DNA of 62,789 bases, the filler included, from Candidatus Methanoxibalbensis ujae (GTDB lineage: Archaea; Halobacteriota; Syntropharchaeia; Alkanophagales; Methanospirareceae), in assembly GCA_026134085.1 (NCBI GenBank). It is 5 parts of 5 records of this genome, joined end to end, with 100 filler letters (N's around TTAATTAATTAA, not from the genome) between each part and the next. Parts side by side here need not be neighbours in the genome. Positions count along the whole stretch, not along the records: positions 14,052 to 26,538 come from JAOQIN010000049.1; positions 26,639 to 39,118 come from JAOQIN010000050.1; 3 more parts are not named here. One strand, given 5' to 3'. The notes under the pieces are model-generated. The model did not search any database. It was not told the DNA's origin and saw only the letters and a program-made list of their open reading frames with translations. The stretch's first letter is position 1; each line of letters begins with the position of its first letter. A program made the position numbers and the translations under genes. This document shows, one piece after another, positions 20,374 to 29,200 of the stretch.

Positions 20374-22002
20374 ATGGATATGGACGATTATGTGCCAAGG
20401 CATGAGTACGAGCGATTGGAAAGTGAATATCGCAGACTGAAGCGCAAGTATGAGGAAGTTGAAGCATACAAGGAGGACCTTGAGAAGCTCATATTCAGGG
20501 CAAGGTCTCCGCCTCTTGATTGTGGGTTCGTTGTTGAGAAGAGGGATGACGGTGCTGTCGTGAATCTGAACGGCGCGCTCAAGGTTCTTCCATATGGTCC
20601 GCTCAGTGATGAGGAGCTTGCGAAGATAGAGGAGGGCAAGTATGTCTTCATAGGCAGGATACCTGACAAGAACAGCCCCAACGGATTCACCATAGGAATC
20701 ACGAAGGTCTATGACCGCGCAGTCAATCTTGAGGTCGGCGAGGTAGAGGCTGTGTGGGAGGAGAACGGTGAGTGGATAAGTGTCATCGCAACCGGCAGAG
20801 GGCACACGAAGATATACAAGAAGCTCAATGAGAAAGAGCGCGAAATGGTCAGGGAAGGGCAGAAAGTGGGCATGCTGCCTGGCACTGGAGATGTGAAAAA
20901 GAGCTACAAAACCAAGGAGTTCGTGAGATATGAGGTCACGAAATCCCCTGGTGTGAGCTTCAACGATATAGGAGGACTTGAGGAGGTGAAAAAGGAGCTT
21001 ATAAGAAGCATAATATTGCCCATGCTGAATCCTGATGATTATTCTGTTTTCGGCGAGGCATCAAGAAGAATATTGCTTTACGGACCGCCTGGATGTGGAA
21101 AGACGATGTGTGCGAAGGCTCTCGCATCAGCACTTCCAAACTGTGAGTTTGTGAAGGTTGGTGCTGGAGAGCTTTTCAGCATGTGGCTCGGAGAATCCGA
21201 GAGGAATGTGCGTGAGATATTTAATATGGCGAATCGCAAGCTTGAGGAGGGTGAAAACGACTATGGCATCATATTTTTTGATGAGATAGATGCACTCGCT
21301 CAGGAGCGTGGGATGTATGCAGGCTCATCAGGAGCGCCTGAGAGGGTTACGGGTCAGCTGCTTGACATACTTGACGGTTTTTACTCACTCCACCCCCATC
21401 TCACTGTCATAGGCGCGACAAACAGGTTGCATCTCATAGATTCCGCATTCAGGGCGAGATTTGATAAGATCATAGAGGTTCCCAAGCCGGATAAGAAGGC
21501 TGCTCTCGCCATATGCGAGATATACGCGATGAAAGTGCCTCTTGACAAATATCTTGTTGAGGAGAAAGGCTCTGAGGATGACGCTCGCAGATATGTTGTG
21601 AATGAGCTCGTTGAATACATGTTCAGGGACGAGGTCATTGAGACTGAAATAGGCAGGATAAAGCGCGGAGAGACAATAACAGGAAGGTTCATCGCTCAGA
21701 TATTTAACTATGCAAAGGACAGGGCGCTTGAGGAGAGGACGCTTCTGAAAGTGCATGAGGGCATGGTTAGGGACAGGAAGCTGTTGAACATGTGGAGTGG
21801 GGAGGGCATCGCATCGCTGCTCAATGCAGATGAGCGTGTGAAGGAGCTCAAAAGGAAATACAAGAGCGCTGAGGAGATAGGTGTCACATTTGAACTTCTG
21901 AAAGAGGGCTTTGAGAAGTATGTCCAGCGGAGAGCTGAGGAAATACTCGCATCGGGATTTGACACGGAGAGCTTTGAGGTTGAAACAGGAATGCACTACT
22001 GA
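20374..22002 (+). CDS. ARC/Mpa-type proteasome-associated AAA+ ATPase
   Basis: N-terminal coiled coil ending in SPP, two OB-like segments, PGVSFNDIGGL, Walker A GPPGCGKT, pore loop MWLGESE, Walker B IIFFDEID, SRH GATNR...RFD; adjacent to PafA/Dop homologues. Confidence 0.85.
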   Translation: MDMDDYVPRHEYERLESEYRRLKRKYEEVEAYKEDLEKLIFRARSPPLDCGFVVEKRDDGAVVNLNGALKVLPYGPLSDEELAKIEEGKYVFIGRIPDKNSPNGFTIGITKVYDRAVNLEVGEVEAVWEENGEWISVIATGRGHTKIYKKLNEKEREMVREGQKVGMLPGTGDVKKSYKTKEFVRYEVTKSPGVSFNDIGGLEEVKKELIRSIILPMLNPDDYSVFGEASRRILLYGPPGCGKTMCAKALASALPNCEFVKVGAGELFSMWLGESERNVREIFNMANRKLEEGENDYGIIFFDEIDALAQERGMYAGSSGAPERVTGQLLDILDGFYSLHPHLTVIGATNRLHLIDSAFRARFDKIIEVPKPDKKAALAICEIYAMKVPLDKYLVEEKGSEDDARRYVVNELVEYMFRDEVIETEIGRIKRGETITGRFIAQIFNYAKDRALEERTLLKVHEGMVRDRKLLNMWSGEGIASLLNADERVKELKRKYKSAEEIGVTFELLKEGFEKYVQRRAEEILASGFDTESFEVETGMHY

Positions 22003-22054
22003 TGAGTGATGGTGTATCAACAGCAGCGCTGATGAGTGATGGTGTATCAACAGC
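21999..22054. repeat. 26-bp direct repeat spanning the ATPase stop codon
   Basis: CTGATGAGTGATGGTGTATCAACAGC at 21999-22024 and 22029-22054. Confidence 0.9.
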
Positions 22055-22152
22055 GGGAGGAGTATGACGGGTGATGAGTTACAAGAGATGAGTTACGAGT
22101 GACGAGTGACAGGAGATAAGTGACGGGAGACAGGAGGAGGAGAAAAAAAAGG

Positions 22153-23919
22153 ATGGAGAAGGAAGATCTCAACAGATGGCAGGGTATTGAGCACGAGTTC
22201 AGGGTGGGCATATCATCTGAATCCCCCGAGTTATACAGGTATGCGCGGTTTTATCATGTTGATGAGGTCATACATGCGCTTGAGAACTACGAATTCTTTG
22301 ACGGCGAGCGTGCGGTGTGCACGAGGATCTGCCGAAGGAACGATGGATTTCTGCGCAACGGATCTCGCATTTACATATGCACGGGAGGTCATCTTGAGAT
22401 CGCAACGCCTGAATGCAGAAACGCATTTGAAGTGCTGAAATACGACAAAGCATCAGAAATATACATGCAGATAGGCGTTGAGGAAGCGAACAAGAAGTAT
22501 AGGATAGGTGAGCGAAAGATAAAGAACGCACACATACAGTGTTGGAAGGCGAATGTTGAGCTTGACAAGCGATACAGCAGGGGCACTCACGAATCCTATA
22601 TCATAGAAAGGAAGAGGTTTGTCGGGAAAGAGCACCTTTTCATTCCTTTCCTCGTGCTTCGCAAGATTTTCTTCGGAGCGGGCGGCTTCATAGCTGAAAG
22701 AGAGGGCATAATATATGTGATATCGCCAAAAGCTATGGTCGCACGCCGTGTGTTCACAGAATCTCCATCTCAATGGCCTATACTGTCGTCAAGAGACGAG
22801 CCACTCACCACGAAGGACAAATACAGAGTTCATGTGACATCGGGGGAGGGACTGCGCTGTGAAGTCACGAGACTGCTCAACAACGCAATCACCTCATATG
22901 TGCTTGATGCGATCGAATCAGGAAAAATAAGGCATGTGGATGACATATGGAATCCCCTGCAGACATTCAAGGAGATATCATCAAATATCTCAGGAGAATG
23001 GCGGATAAAACTGAGGAACGGGAGGAAAGTGAGCGCACTTGATTACATTGAATCGCATTATCTTGAGCCAATAGAGTCTCTTTTTGAGGAGAGAGAGGTG
23101 TCATATTGGGATAAATATGCGCTTGATACATTTAAGAGACTGTGTGAAAAATTCCGTCAGGGATTGATAGAGGATAAATATGTGATTCGCAGAGTTGAAT
23201 GGGTGCTTAAGTGGTATGTTGTCATGCATGAGATAGAGGAGTTTGAATACAAATGCAGTCCTCGCAGCAAGTTTGACTATCGCAACATGTACATCATGAG
23301 CGAGCGCCTTGAGAAACAGATAGCAGCATCCTTTGATTTCACGAACCTCTGTGATTATGATCTGTATGAGCGTGTCGCAGATCGCATAGGCGTTGAGCGC
23401 ATACTGACAGACGAGGATATAGGGGAGGCGCTTCTGTTCCCGCCCAAGGACTCGAGAGCTGAGTTGAGGATGAGGCTCGCGAAGGAGTTCAAGGGCGCCG
23501 CTGTGAACTGGAACAAGATAACGATGAAAAGAGAGCCGAAGGTGCAGATAGAGCTCACGCGTCCCGGCACGGAGGAGTATGCAATGCTTTTTGAGAGGTA
23601 TCCCGAGCTGGCGAGAATGCCCAACGCGATGGTTGTTTTCCTCAGAGAGGAGCACGGCGGAAGAGAGCCATCAAGACAGGTGCTCGTCAGACTGCTCACA
23701 AATGAGGAGGACATAACGGGATGGGAGGAGGAGATAATACGGGAGATCAGAAGCAGAATATCCCGTAATCCCTATCTGGATTACCTGCTGTATGCGAACA
23801 ACCGCACATATCGGTTTGATGAGCTTGACGGATGGAACGAGGAGACGATACGCAGAAAGGTGGAGGAGATAAAAGAGAGCGAGCAGAATGATGAAGCCCT
23901 AATGCGCTCAGATGAATGA
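22153..23919 (+). CDS. PafA-like (Pup/UBact ligase family, GS/GCS fold) protein
   Basis: GIEHEF, FLRNGSRIYICTGGHLEIATPEC, YDKASE, GTHESY, IPFLVLRKIFFGAG, RDEP, RVHVTSGE and VEWVLK align with PafA motifs GIExEY, [51 protein letters not shown]. Confidence 0.85.
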   Translation: MEKEDLNRWQGIEHEFRVGISSESPELYRYARFYHVDEVIHALENYEFFDGERAVCTRICRRNDGFLRNGSRIYICTGGHLEIATPECRNAFEVLKYDKASEIYMQIGVEEANKKYRIGERKIKNAHIQCWKANVELDKRYSRGTHESYIIERKRFVGKEHLFIPFLVLRKIFFGAGGFIAEREGIIYVISPKAMVARRVFTESPSQWPILSSRDEPLTTKDKYRVHVTSGEGLRCEVTRLLNNAITSYVLDAIESGKIRHVDDIWNPLQTFKEISSNISGEWRIKLRNGRKVSALDYIESHYLEPIESLFEEREVSYWDKYALDTFKRLCEKFRQGLIEDKYVIRRVEWVLKWYVVMHEIEEFEYKCSPRSKFDYRNMYIMSERLEKQIAASFDFTNLCDYDLYERVADRIGVERILTDEDIGEALLFPPKDSRAELRMRLAKEFKGAAVNWNKITMKREPKVQIELTRPGTEEYAMLFERYPELARMPNAMVVFLREEHGGREPSRQVLVRLLTNEEDITGWEEEIIREIRSRISRNPYLDYLLYANNRTYRFDELDGWNEETIRRKVEEIKESEQNDEALMRSDE

Positions 23920-23944
23920 TCAATAACGAGATGACGGGCGGAGG

Positions 23945-25588
23945 GTGTGGGTGGTGTCAGCGATATCATCGTGTGGAACACTTCGCAAGATAAGGGGTGT
24001 TGAGCAGGAATATCCTGTGAGTGCGACAGCTTCATTCAATCCCAACATCCTTGTGAATGCAGCAATTCAGGGGCTCCGCCGCAGGAATTATTCGAGGATA
24101 GTGTTCTGGGACATTTCAACCGAGATATCGCAGGAGCAGCATGAGCACAGGATAACAAACTCATACGGTGAGAACGGCTGCCGCATATACAATGACATGG
24201 GGCATCTTGAGATCTCCACACCTTCTTACAACGATCCTTTTGATGCAATAGCATACGATAAGGCATCTGAGATATATGCGTTCATCGCATCAAAAAGCGC
24301 TGGTCTCGCGCTTAAGAACCGTGTTTTTATACATAAAAACAATGTTGCAAACTTCTTCGTAAGCATCGCAGGAGGAGTGACAGGACTGAGCGGTATAGGA
24401 GGAGCTGCTGTCAAAGAGGAGAGGCGCGTGCGAACAAACACATACGCAACACATGGAAACCTCCTCACCGAGCGAAGGGCATGCAAGGACTGGAGAAGGG
24501 TTGAGCGCGCACTTATACCGTGGGTTATCTCAAGGATAATATTCACAGGTGCCGGTGATGTGATATCGGGAGATGTCATGGGAAAAACAGGCATAAAATT
24601 CGTGATATCTCCGAGAGCAATGTTCGTCATGCGAAAATCCTCTCTCTCAACAACATCTGCAAGAGGAATTCTCAACACGAGAGATCAGCCACATGCCTCA
24701 TTCAAATACTGGCGCCTTCACGACATCCACTTTGAGGCTCTCCGCTCTGAATATGCTATTTTCATGCGGGATATAACCAACGCTCTTGTGATCCGTGCGT
24801 TTGAGCTCGGATATCTTGATGATGCTCCTGAAATAGAAGATCCTGTGGGCACATTCAAACGTATTTCAGCAGATACGCAGGATTGTGACTGGCGCATAAA
24901 CCTCAAAAACGGCGAAAAGACAGATGCAGTGGGCATACTCTGGTTCTATCTCTCCAAGATTGAGGAAATGCTCACAAGCTCCGAAACGGCTGGAGCGGAG
25001 ATGAATGAGGATGAGGACAGGGAGGAGCAGAAGTGGGAGAGCATTGGATTAAAAGCGTTTGAGGAGATGCTTGATCTGTTTTCGGAGAGAAGGGTGGAGG
25101 AGTTCGTAGATGGCATTGACTGGGTGACGAAGCTCGCGCTCCTCGTCAACTATAAGCCACGAAAAATATCCGAGGGCATACACATATGCAACCAGTTCGC
25201 ATTGCTTGATGAAAGTGTCCTCTTCTATGTGAACGACGGAAAGGAGAGGATGGAGAGCAAGTGCCTTTTCTCGCCGAAGGAATCACTCAGCTTCGCACGA
25301 AAGAAGCTGCATGAGGTGGCGTGGCATCGCCTGTTCGATCGTGTGAGATATGCGCTCAGGAACGCGCCTGAAGACACGAGAGACTTCTTCAGGGCGGAGA
25401 TGTTGAAGCACTTCAGCGCACATGTGAGGGGAGTCAGCTGGTCAACGCTGATCCTTGAGAACGCAAAAATAATACTGGATGAGCCTTTCATGCTGAACAG
25501 GCGTGAGATAGGAGATATATCTGAATATGAGCTCAGTGAAATCCTTTCAGAAGCGAAAAGGTTATATCCAGATAAACTCATTCTATAA
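23945..25588 (+). CDS. Dop-like (Pup/UBact deamidase/depupylase family) protein
   Basis: GVEQEY, Dop-loop-like insert with FWD, NGCRIYNDMGHLEISTP, YDKASE, HKNNV, SRIIFTGAG, RGILNTRDQPHA, RLHDI, IDWVTK. Confidence 0.85.
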   Translation: MWVVSAISSCGTLRKIRGVEQEYPVSATASFNPNILVNAAIQGLRRRNYSRIVFWDISTEISQEQHEHRITNSYGENGCRIYNDMGHLEISTPSYNDPFDAIAYDKASEIYAFIASKSAGLALKNRVFIHKNNVANFFVSIAGGVTGLSGIGGAAVKEERRVRTNTYATHGNLLTERRACKDWRRVERALIPWVISRIIFTGAGDVISGDVMGKTGIKFVISPRAMFVMRKSSLSTTSARGILNTRDQPHASFKYWRLHDIHFEALRSEYAIFMRDITNALVIRAFELGYLDDAPEIEDPVGTFKRISADTQDCDWRINLKNGEKTDAVGILWFYLSKIEEMLTSSETAGAEMNEDEDREEQKWESIGLKAFEEMLDLFSERRVEEFVDGIDWVTKLALLVNYKPRKISEGIHICNQFALLDESVLFYVNDGKERMESKCLFSPKESLSFARKKLHEVAWHRLFDRVRYALRNAPEDTRDFFRAEMLKHFSAHVRGVSWSTLILENAKIILDEPFMLNRREIGDISEYELSEILSEAKRLYPDKLIL

Positions 25589-25610
25589 TATGATGAGGGA
25601 GGAAGAAATA

Positions 25611-25898
25611 ATGAGTTATTCAGCAGCGGAGGATGCAATGATCGTGACACGGCCTTCGTGGCTCCTGCGAGCAGATGCGGAGGAGGAAGTGGAAGAGGAA
25701 ATTGAGGTGGAAGAGTCAAAACCTGAGGAGACAGTTGAGGTGAAGGATGAGGATAAAGGACTATCATCAATAATGGAGCGATTAAAAGAATATGAGAAAA
25801 AGAAAAAAGCCGCTGATCTCGTGAGCAAATTGCGAGGAAAAAAAAGAGTGAACAAGAAAATCATGCCTTATGAAATATACGCAACCGCCGGTGAATGA
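25611..25898 (+). CDS. Candidate Pup/UBact-like modifier protein (C-terminus YATAGE)
   Basis: Small Glu-rich, low-complexity ORF directly after the dop-like gene, ending G-E-stop; GGAGG-type SD before ATG 25611 (alternative start 25638). Confidence 0.75.
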   Translation: MSYSAAEDAMIVTRPSWLLRADAEEEVEEEIEVEESKPEETVEVKDEDKGLSSIMERLKEYEKKKKAADLVSKLRGKKRVNKKIMPYEIYATAGE

Positions 25899-25934
25899 TT
25901 TCTCCATCCCTTTTCGGCGGCTTGTTGCTCTCTG

Positions 25935-26015
25935 CTTTGTTTTTCTCTGTTTTAACTCCTGTTTTTTATTTTTTTTATCTTTTTTTCCTTTTTCTTTTAT
26001 CTCTTCATCTCTTTT
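25935..26015 (+). terminator. Oligo-T-rich archaeal terminator after the tagging operon
   Basis: Multiple T-tracts immediately downstream of the modifier gene. Confidence 0.55.
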
Positions 26016-26494
26016 GAGAGGCAAAGAGTTGGAAGAAGGAATCTGCTCAATCATCATTATCTGCTCAATCATCATTAAGTCACGCTTGCCACCACGGCGC
26101 CTCCACCTCAAATCGGGGCTGGACTTTCATCCCGGCTTTATTTTTTACCGATGGTCATTCAGGAGACAGGAGCATTTGCAGAAGTGGATAAATCGTAAGA
26201 GTGCGGAAATTGCAGTTTTGATAATATTAATATCTTTTACAGCATCCGGAAGCAATATCACATAGCAGTTAACGGTCACAAATTGTCAACTGTTGAGAAT
26301 ATCACTGTGATGTTAACAGAATGTGCAGTTCATGTGTGGTGAACAACTCTTTCAGGCGGAGTAACTTGGGCATCCTTCGTTCAATGTAGTGGTCTGGGTG
26401 CTTTCGCATCTTTACCCATAGCTCCTATATAAATATAGGTAAGTGATAGGTGAGAGAGGGCGTGAAAAGCGGAAGGGAGGTGATGAGAGAAGAA

Positions 26495-26538
26495 ATGGAA
26501 GGGAAGAGTAAGATTGCAGGGGCGTTGATTGCAGCAGT
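26495..26538 (+). CDS. 5' fragment of a signal-peptide-bearing protein, cut by contig end
   Basis: GGAGGTGA SD then MEGKSKIAGALIAA. Confidence 0.5.
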
Positions 26539-26638
26539 NNNNNNNNNNNNNNNNNNNNNNNNNNNNNNNNNNNNNNNNNNNNTTAATTAATTAANNNNNN
26601 NNNNNNNNNNNNNNNNNNNNNNNNNNNNNNNNNNNNNN
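26539..26638. other. Artificial contig linker
   Basis: N44-TTAATTAATTAA-N44. Confidence 0.99.
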
Positions 26639-26836
26639 TCCGTTTTGGTCTCCGGTAACTTCAATCAATGCCATGAGCCTGCAAAAGCTCGTCATGATGG
26701 GAGCAATGCTTTGCCTCTCCCTCACTCTCCCAGAATCTCAGCATCTCAGAATCTCAGCATCTCAGCATCCCAGCTCTAACAAAGAATATAAATAGCGTCA
26801 ACTGATAAAGGGCTGGCGGGGGGAGTGTGATGCGAA

Positions 26837-28309
26837 TTGGCGGAGCGTGTTGACATACTCCTCATATCCTACGGATCAAGGGCATGTGCGATCGCAGATG
26901 CGCTTAAACGCAGCGAATACGAGGTTCACCTGTTCATCGCAGACAGACAGCGAAACCCTTTCAACGCGAAAATTGCTGACGACCATGTTGTCATTCCCGA
27001 CCTGAACATCACACGAATATGCGAATTTGCGAAGAAACACAGTATTGATTTTGGGATATGCTGCCCTGAAAACCCAATAATTAAGGGTATAAGAGATGTT
27101 TTTGAGGGATATGGCATAAAAATGATATGTCCATCAAAGAAATATGCGCTTGAAGCAAGCAAAATAAGGCAGAGACTCCTCATTGAAGAAGTCTGGCGCG
27201 ATGCCAATCCGAGATTTTTCTTTTTCAGAAGATCGCAATACTCGGAAGGCGGCAGGCTGGATGTTGATGCGTTGAGAAAGGACCTTTTCGCAGTGCTTGA
27301 TGATTTCAACAACGAGGTGGCGGTGAAACCAGACATCCCCGCAGCCGGAAAGGGAGTGGGCGTGTGGGGAGAGCACTTCAAAAGCAGAGAAGAGCTCTGG
27401 GAGCATTTCATTTCAATATTCAAAAGCGGCAGTGATGTCATCGTTGAAGAAAAACTTATAGGCGAGGAATCCTCATTTCAAGCGTTCTGCGACGGCTCCC
27501 ATATTGTTGCGCTTCCCGAGACAAGGGACTACAAGCGCGCTTTTGACGGAGATATGGGCGAGAACACTGGAGGAATGGGCTCATACAAGGACAGGGAGGA
27601 CATACTTCCATTCATGCGGAGAGAGGATAGAGAAGCTGAGGAGCGCATAGTAGAGCGTATATTCTCAAAATTGAGAGGAAAGAGCAGGGAAGATGGACTT
27701 ATAGGAATGCCATTTTATGTTGCTTTCATGCATACAGCAGAAGGTCCCAAGATATTGGAGATAAACAGCAGACCGGGAGACCCTGAGATACAGAACATCA
27801 TGCCTGTGATGCGTGATGATTTCGTTGAAGTTTGCTTTAAAATGCTTGACGGAACACTCACACGCATAGAATTTGAGAAGAGGGCAACAGTTGTCACATA
27901 TGCAGTGCCCATGACATATGGAGGATACAGGCGGAAGTTCAGCGGTGATATGCGTGTTGACCTGAGCGGCGCTTATGAGCTGCAGAGGAAATACGGCGAT
28001 GAGGCACTTCGCATATATCCGGGCGCTATGGAGCTATCAGATGATGGGAGCACATACGCACTTTCCTCCCGCACTGTATGCGCGGTTGGCATAGCAGATT
28101 CGCTTGAAAATGCGAGGGACATATCTCTCGATGCCATCAGAAGCATTGACGGTCCTCTGTGGAACAGATGGGACATCGCGGCTCCTCACCACATACAGCG
28201 CAGCATTCATCAAATGAGCGCGCTGAGATCGGGTGTGAGTGAACATGAAAATAACGATAGGAGGGCCTCCAGGCAGCGGGACAACGACTGTTGCACGCAT
28301 TATCTCTGA
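26837..28309 (+). CDS. purD: Phosphoribosylamine--glycine ligase (archaeal type)
   Basis: LEASK, AAGKGV, VEEKLIGEESS, RDYKRAFDGDMGENTGGMGSY, LEINSRPGDPE. Confidence 0.92.
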   Translation: MAERVDILLISYGSRACAIADALKRSEYEVHLFIADRQRNPFNAKIADDHVVIPDLNITRICEFAKKHSIDFGICCPENPIIKGIRDVFEGYGIKMICPSKKYALEASKIRQRLLIEEVWRDANPRFFFFRRSQYSEGGRLDVDALRKDLFAVLDDFNNEVAVKPDIPAAGKGVGVWGEHFKSREELWEHFISIFKSGSDVIVEEKLIGEESSFQAFCDGSHIVALPETRDYKRAFDGDMGENTGGMGSYKDREDILPFMRREDREAEERIVERIFSKLRGKSREDGLIGMPFYVAFMHTAEGPKILEINSRPGDPEIQNIMPVMRDDFVEVCFKMLDGTLTRIEFEKRATVVTYAVPMTYGGYRRKFSGDMRVDLSGAYELQRKYGDEALRIYPGAMELSDDGSTYALSSRTVCAVGIADSLENARDISLDAIRSIDGPLWNRWDIAAPHHIQRSIHQMSALRSGVSEHENNDRRASRQRDNDCCTHYL

Positions 28310-28787
28310 GAATCTGAGAGTTCCGCTGATATCTGCAGGTGAAATCTTCAGGAAGCTTGCTGAAAAGCGAGCTATGAAACTGGATGAAATGAGCAGGGCT
28401 GCCGAGCATGACGAGCACATAGACAGGCTCATTGATGAGATGCAGCGCGATGAAGCAGCGAAAATGAGAGATACAATCGTTGAGGGAAGGCTTTCCGCAT
28501 TCTTCGTGCGTGATGCAGATCTGAAAGTGTGGCTCAAAGCACCGACAGATGTCAGAGCGAGGAGGATCGCGAACAGAGAACATATATCATATGAGGAGGC
28601 ACTCAGCGCGATGAAAAGAAGAGAGCGCTCTGAGGTTGAGAGATACAAAAAGTATTATGGGATAAACCCAAATGACCTCTCCGCATACGACCTCGTTATA
28701 GATTCCTCGAAATTCACAGCCGAAGAGATTGCTTCCATAATCATTCTCGCCTCTCAACATCTGCAGCGACGAGCACGAGATCAGTGA
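28245..28787 (+). CDS. cmk: Cytidylate kinase (archaeal type), copy 1
   Basis: ITIGGPPGSGTTT, SAGEIFR, EGRLSA, RYKKYYGI...YDLVIDSS. Confidence 0.93.
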   Translation: MKITIGGPPGSGTTTVARIISENLRVPLISAGEIFRKLAEKRAMKLDEMSRAAEHDEHIDRLIDEMQRDEAAKMRDTIVEGRLSAFFVRDADLKVWLKAPTDVRARRIANREHISYEEALSAMKRRERSEVERYKKYYGINPNDLSAYDLVIDSSKFTAEEIASIIILASQHLQRRARDQ

Positions 28788-28826
28788 TCATTGAGCGGTG
28801 ATTATTGTGCACAGCTGCTGATGTGA

Positions 28827-28899
28827 TAGTCCCGGGCGGATTCGAACCGCCGTCACAGGCTCCAAAGGCCTGTATGCTTGACCACTACACCACGGGACT
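28827..28899 (-). tRNA. tRNA-Gln (TTG)
   Basis: Reverse complement AGTCCCGTGGTGTAG...ACAGGC-CTTTGGA-GCCTGT...GGTTCGAATCC...CGGGACTA. Confidence 0.95.
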
Positions 28900-29026
28900 C
28901 CTCTTCTTTATTTTATTATCAAATTATCTAATATTTATCTGTGCCATTTTATCTGTGCCATCAGCCCACAGCGCTGAGAAATGCATCCGCACCGCAGGCA
29001 AAACTCTCCTGTGAGTGGTTTGTTGA

Positions 29027-29098
29027 GACTGGTTGTGACTGATTGTGACTGATTGGGACTGATTGTGATTGGGACTGATTGGGACTGATTGTGACTGA
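29027..29098. repeat. Degenerate 10-bp tandem repeat GACTGATTG(T/G)
   Basis: About seven imperfect units read directly. Confidence 0.85.
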
Positions 29099-29200
29099 GA
29101 TAGTATGACAGTATGTATGCCCAGCTACCCGCGCATGGCGTTGTCTTCTCATGATTGATGAGAGGCAACAGGGATGAGAGGCAGCAATAGGCAGTGGCTC

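Noticed and set aside
20374..22002. Ordinary PAN or Cdc48 annotation
   Set aside because: Single AAA domain, long double-OB-like N-region, no HbYX, and linkage to PafA/Dop homologues fit ARC/Mpa better
21999..22054. Mini-CRISPR or hammerhead ribozyme (CTGATGAG core)
   Set aside because: Only two repeats with a 4-bp gap, no spacer-length unique sequence; no GAAA partner or flanking stems for a hammerhead
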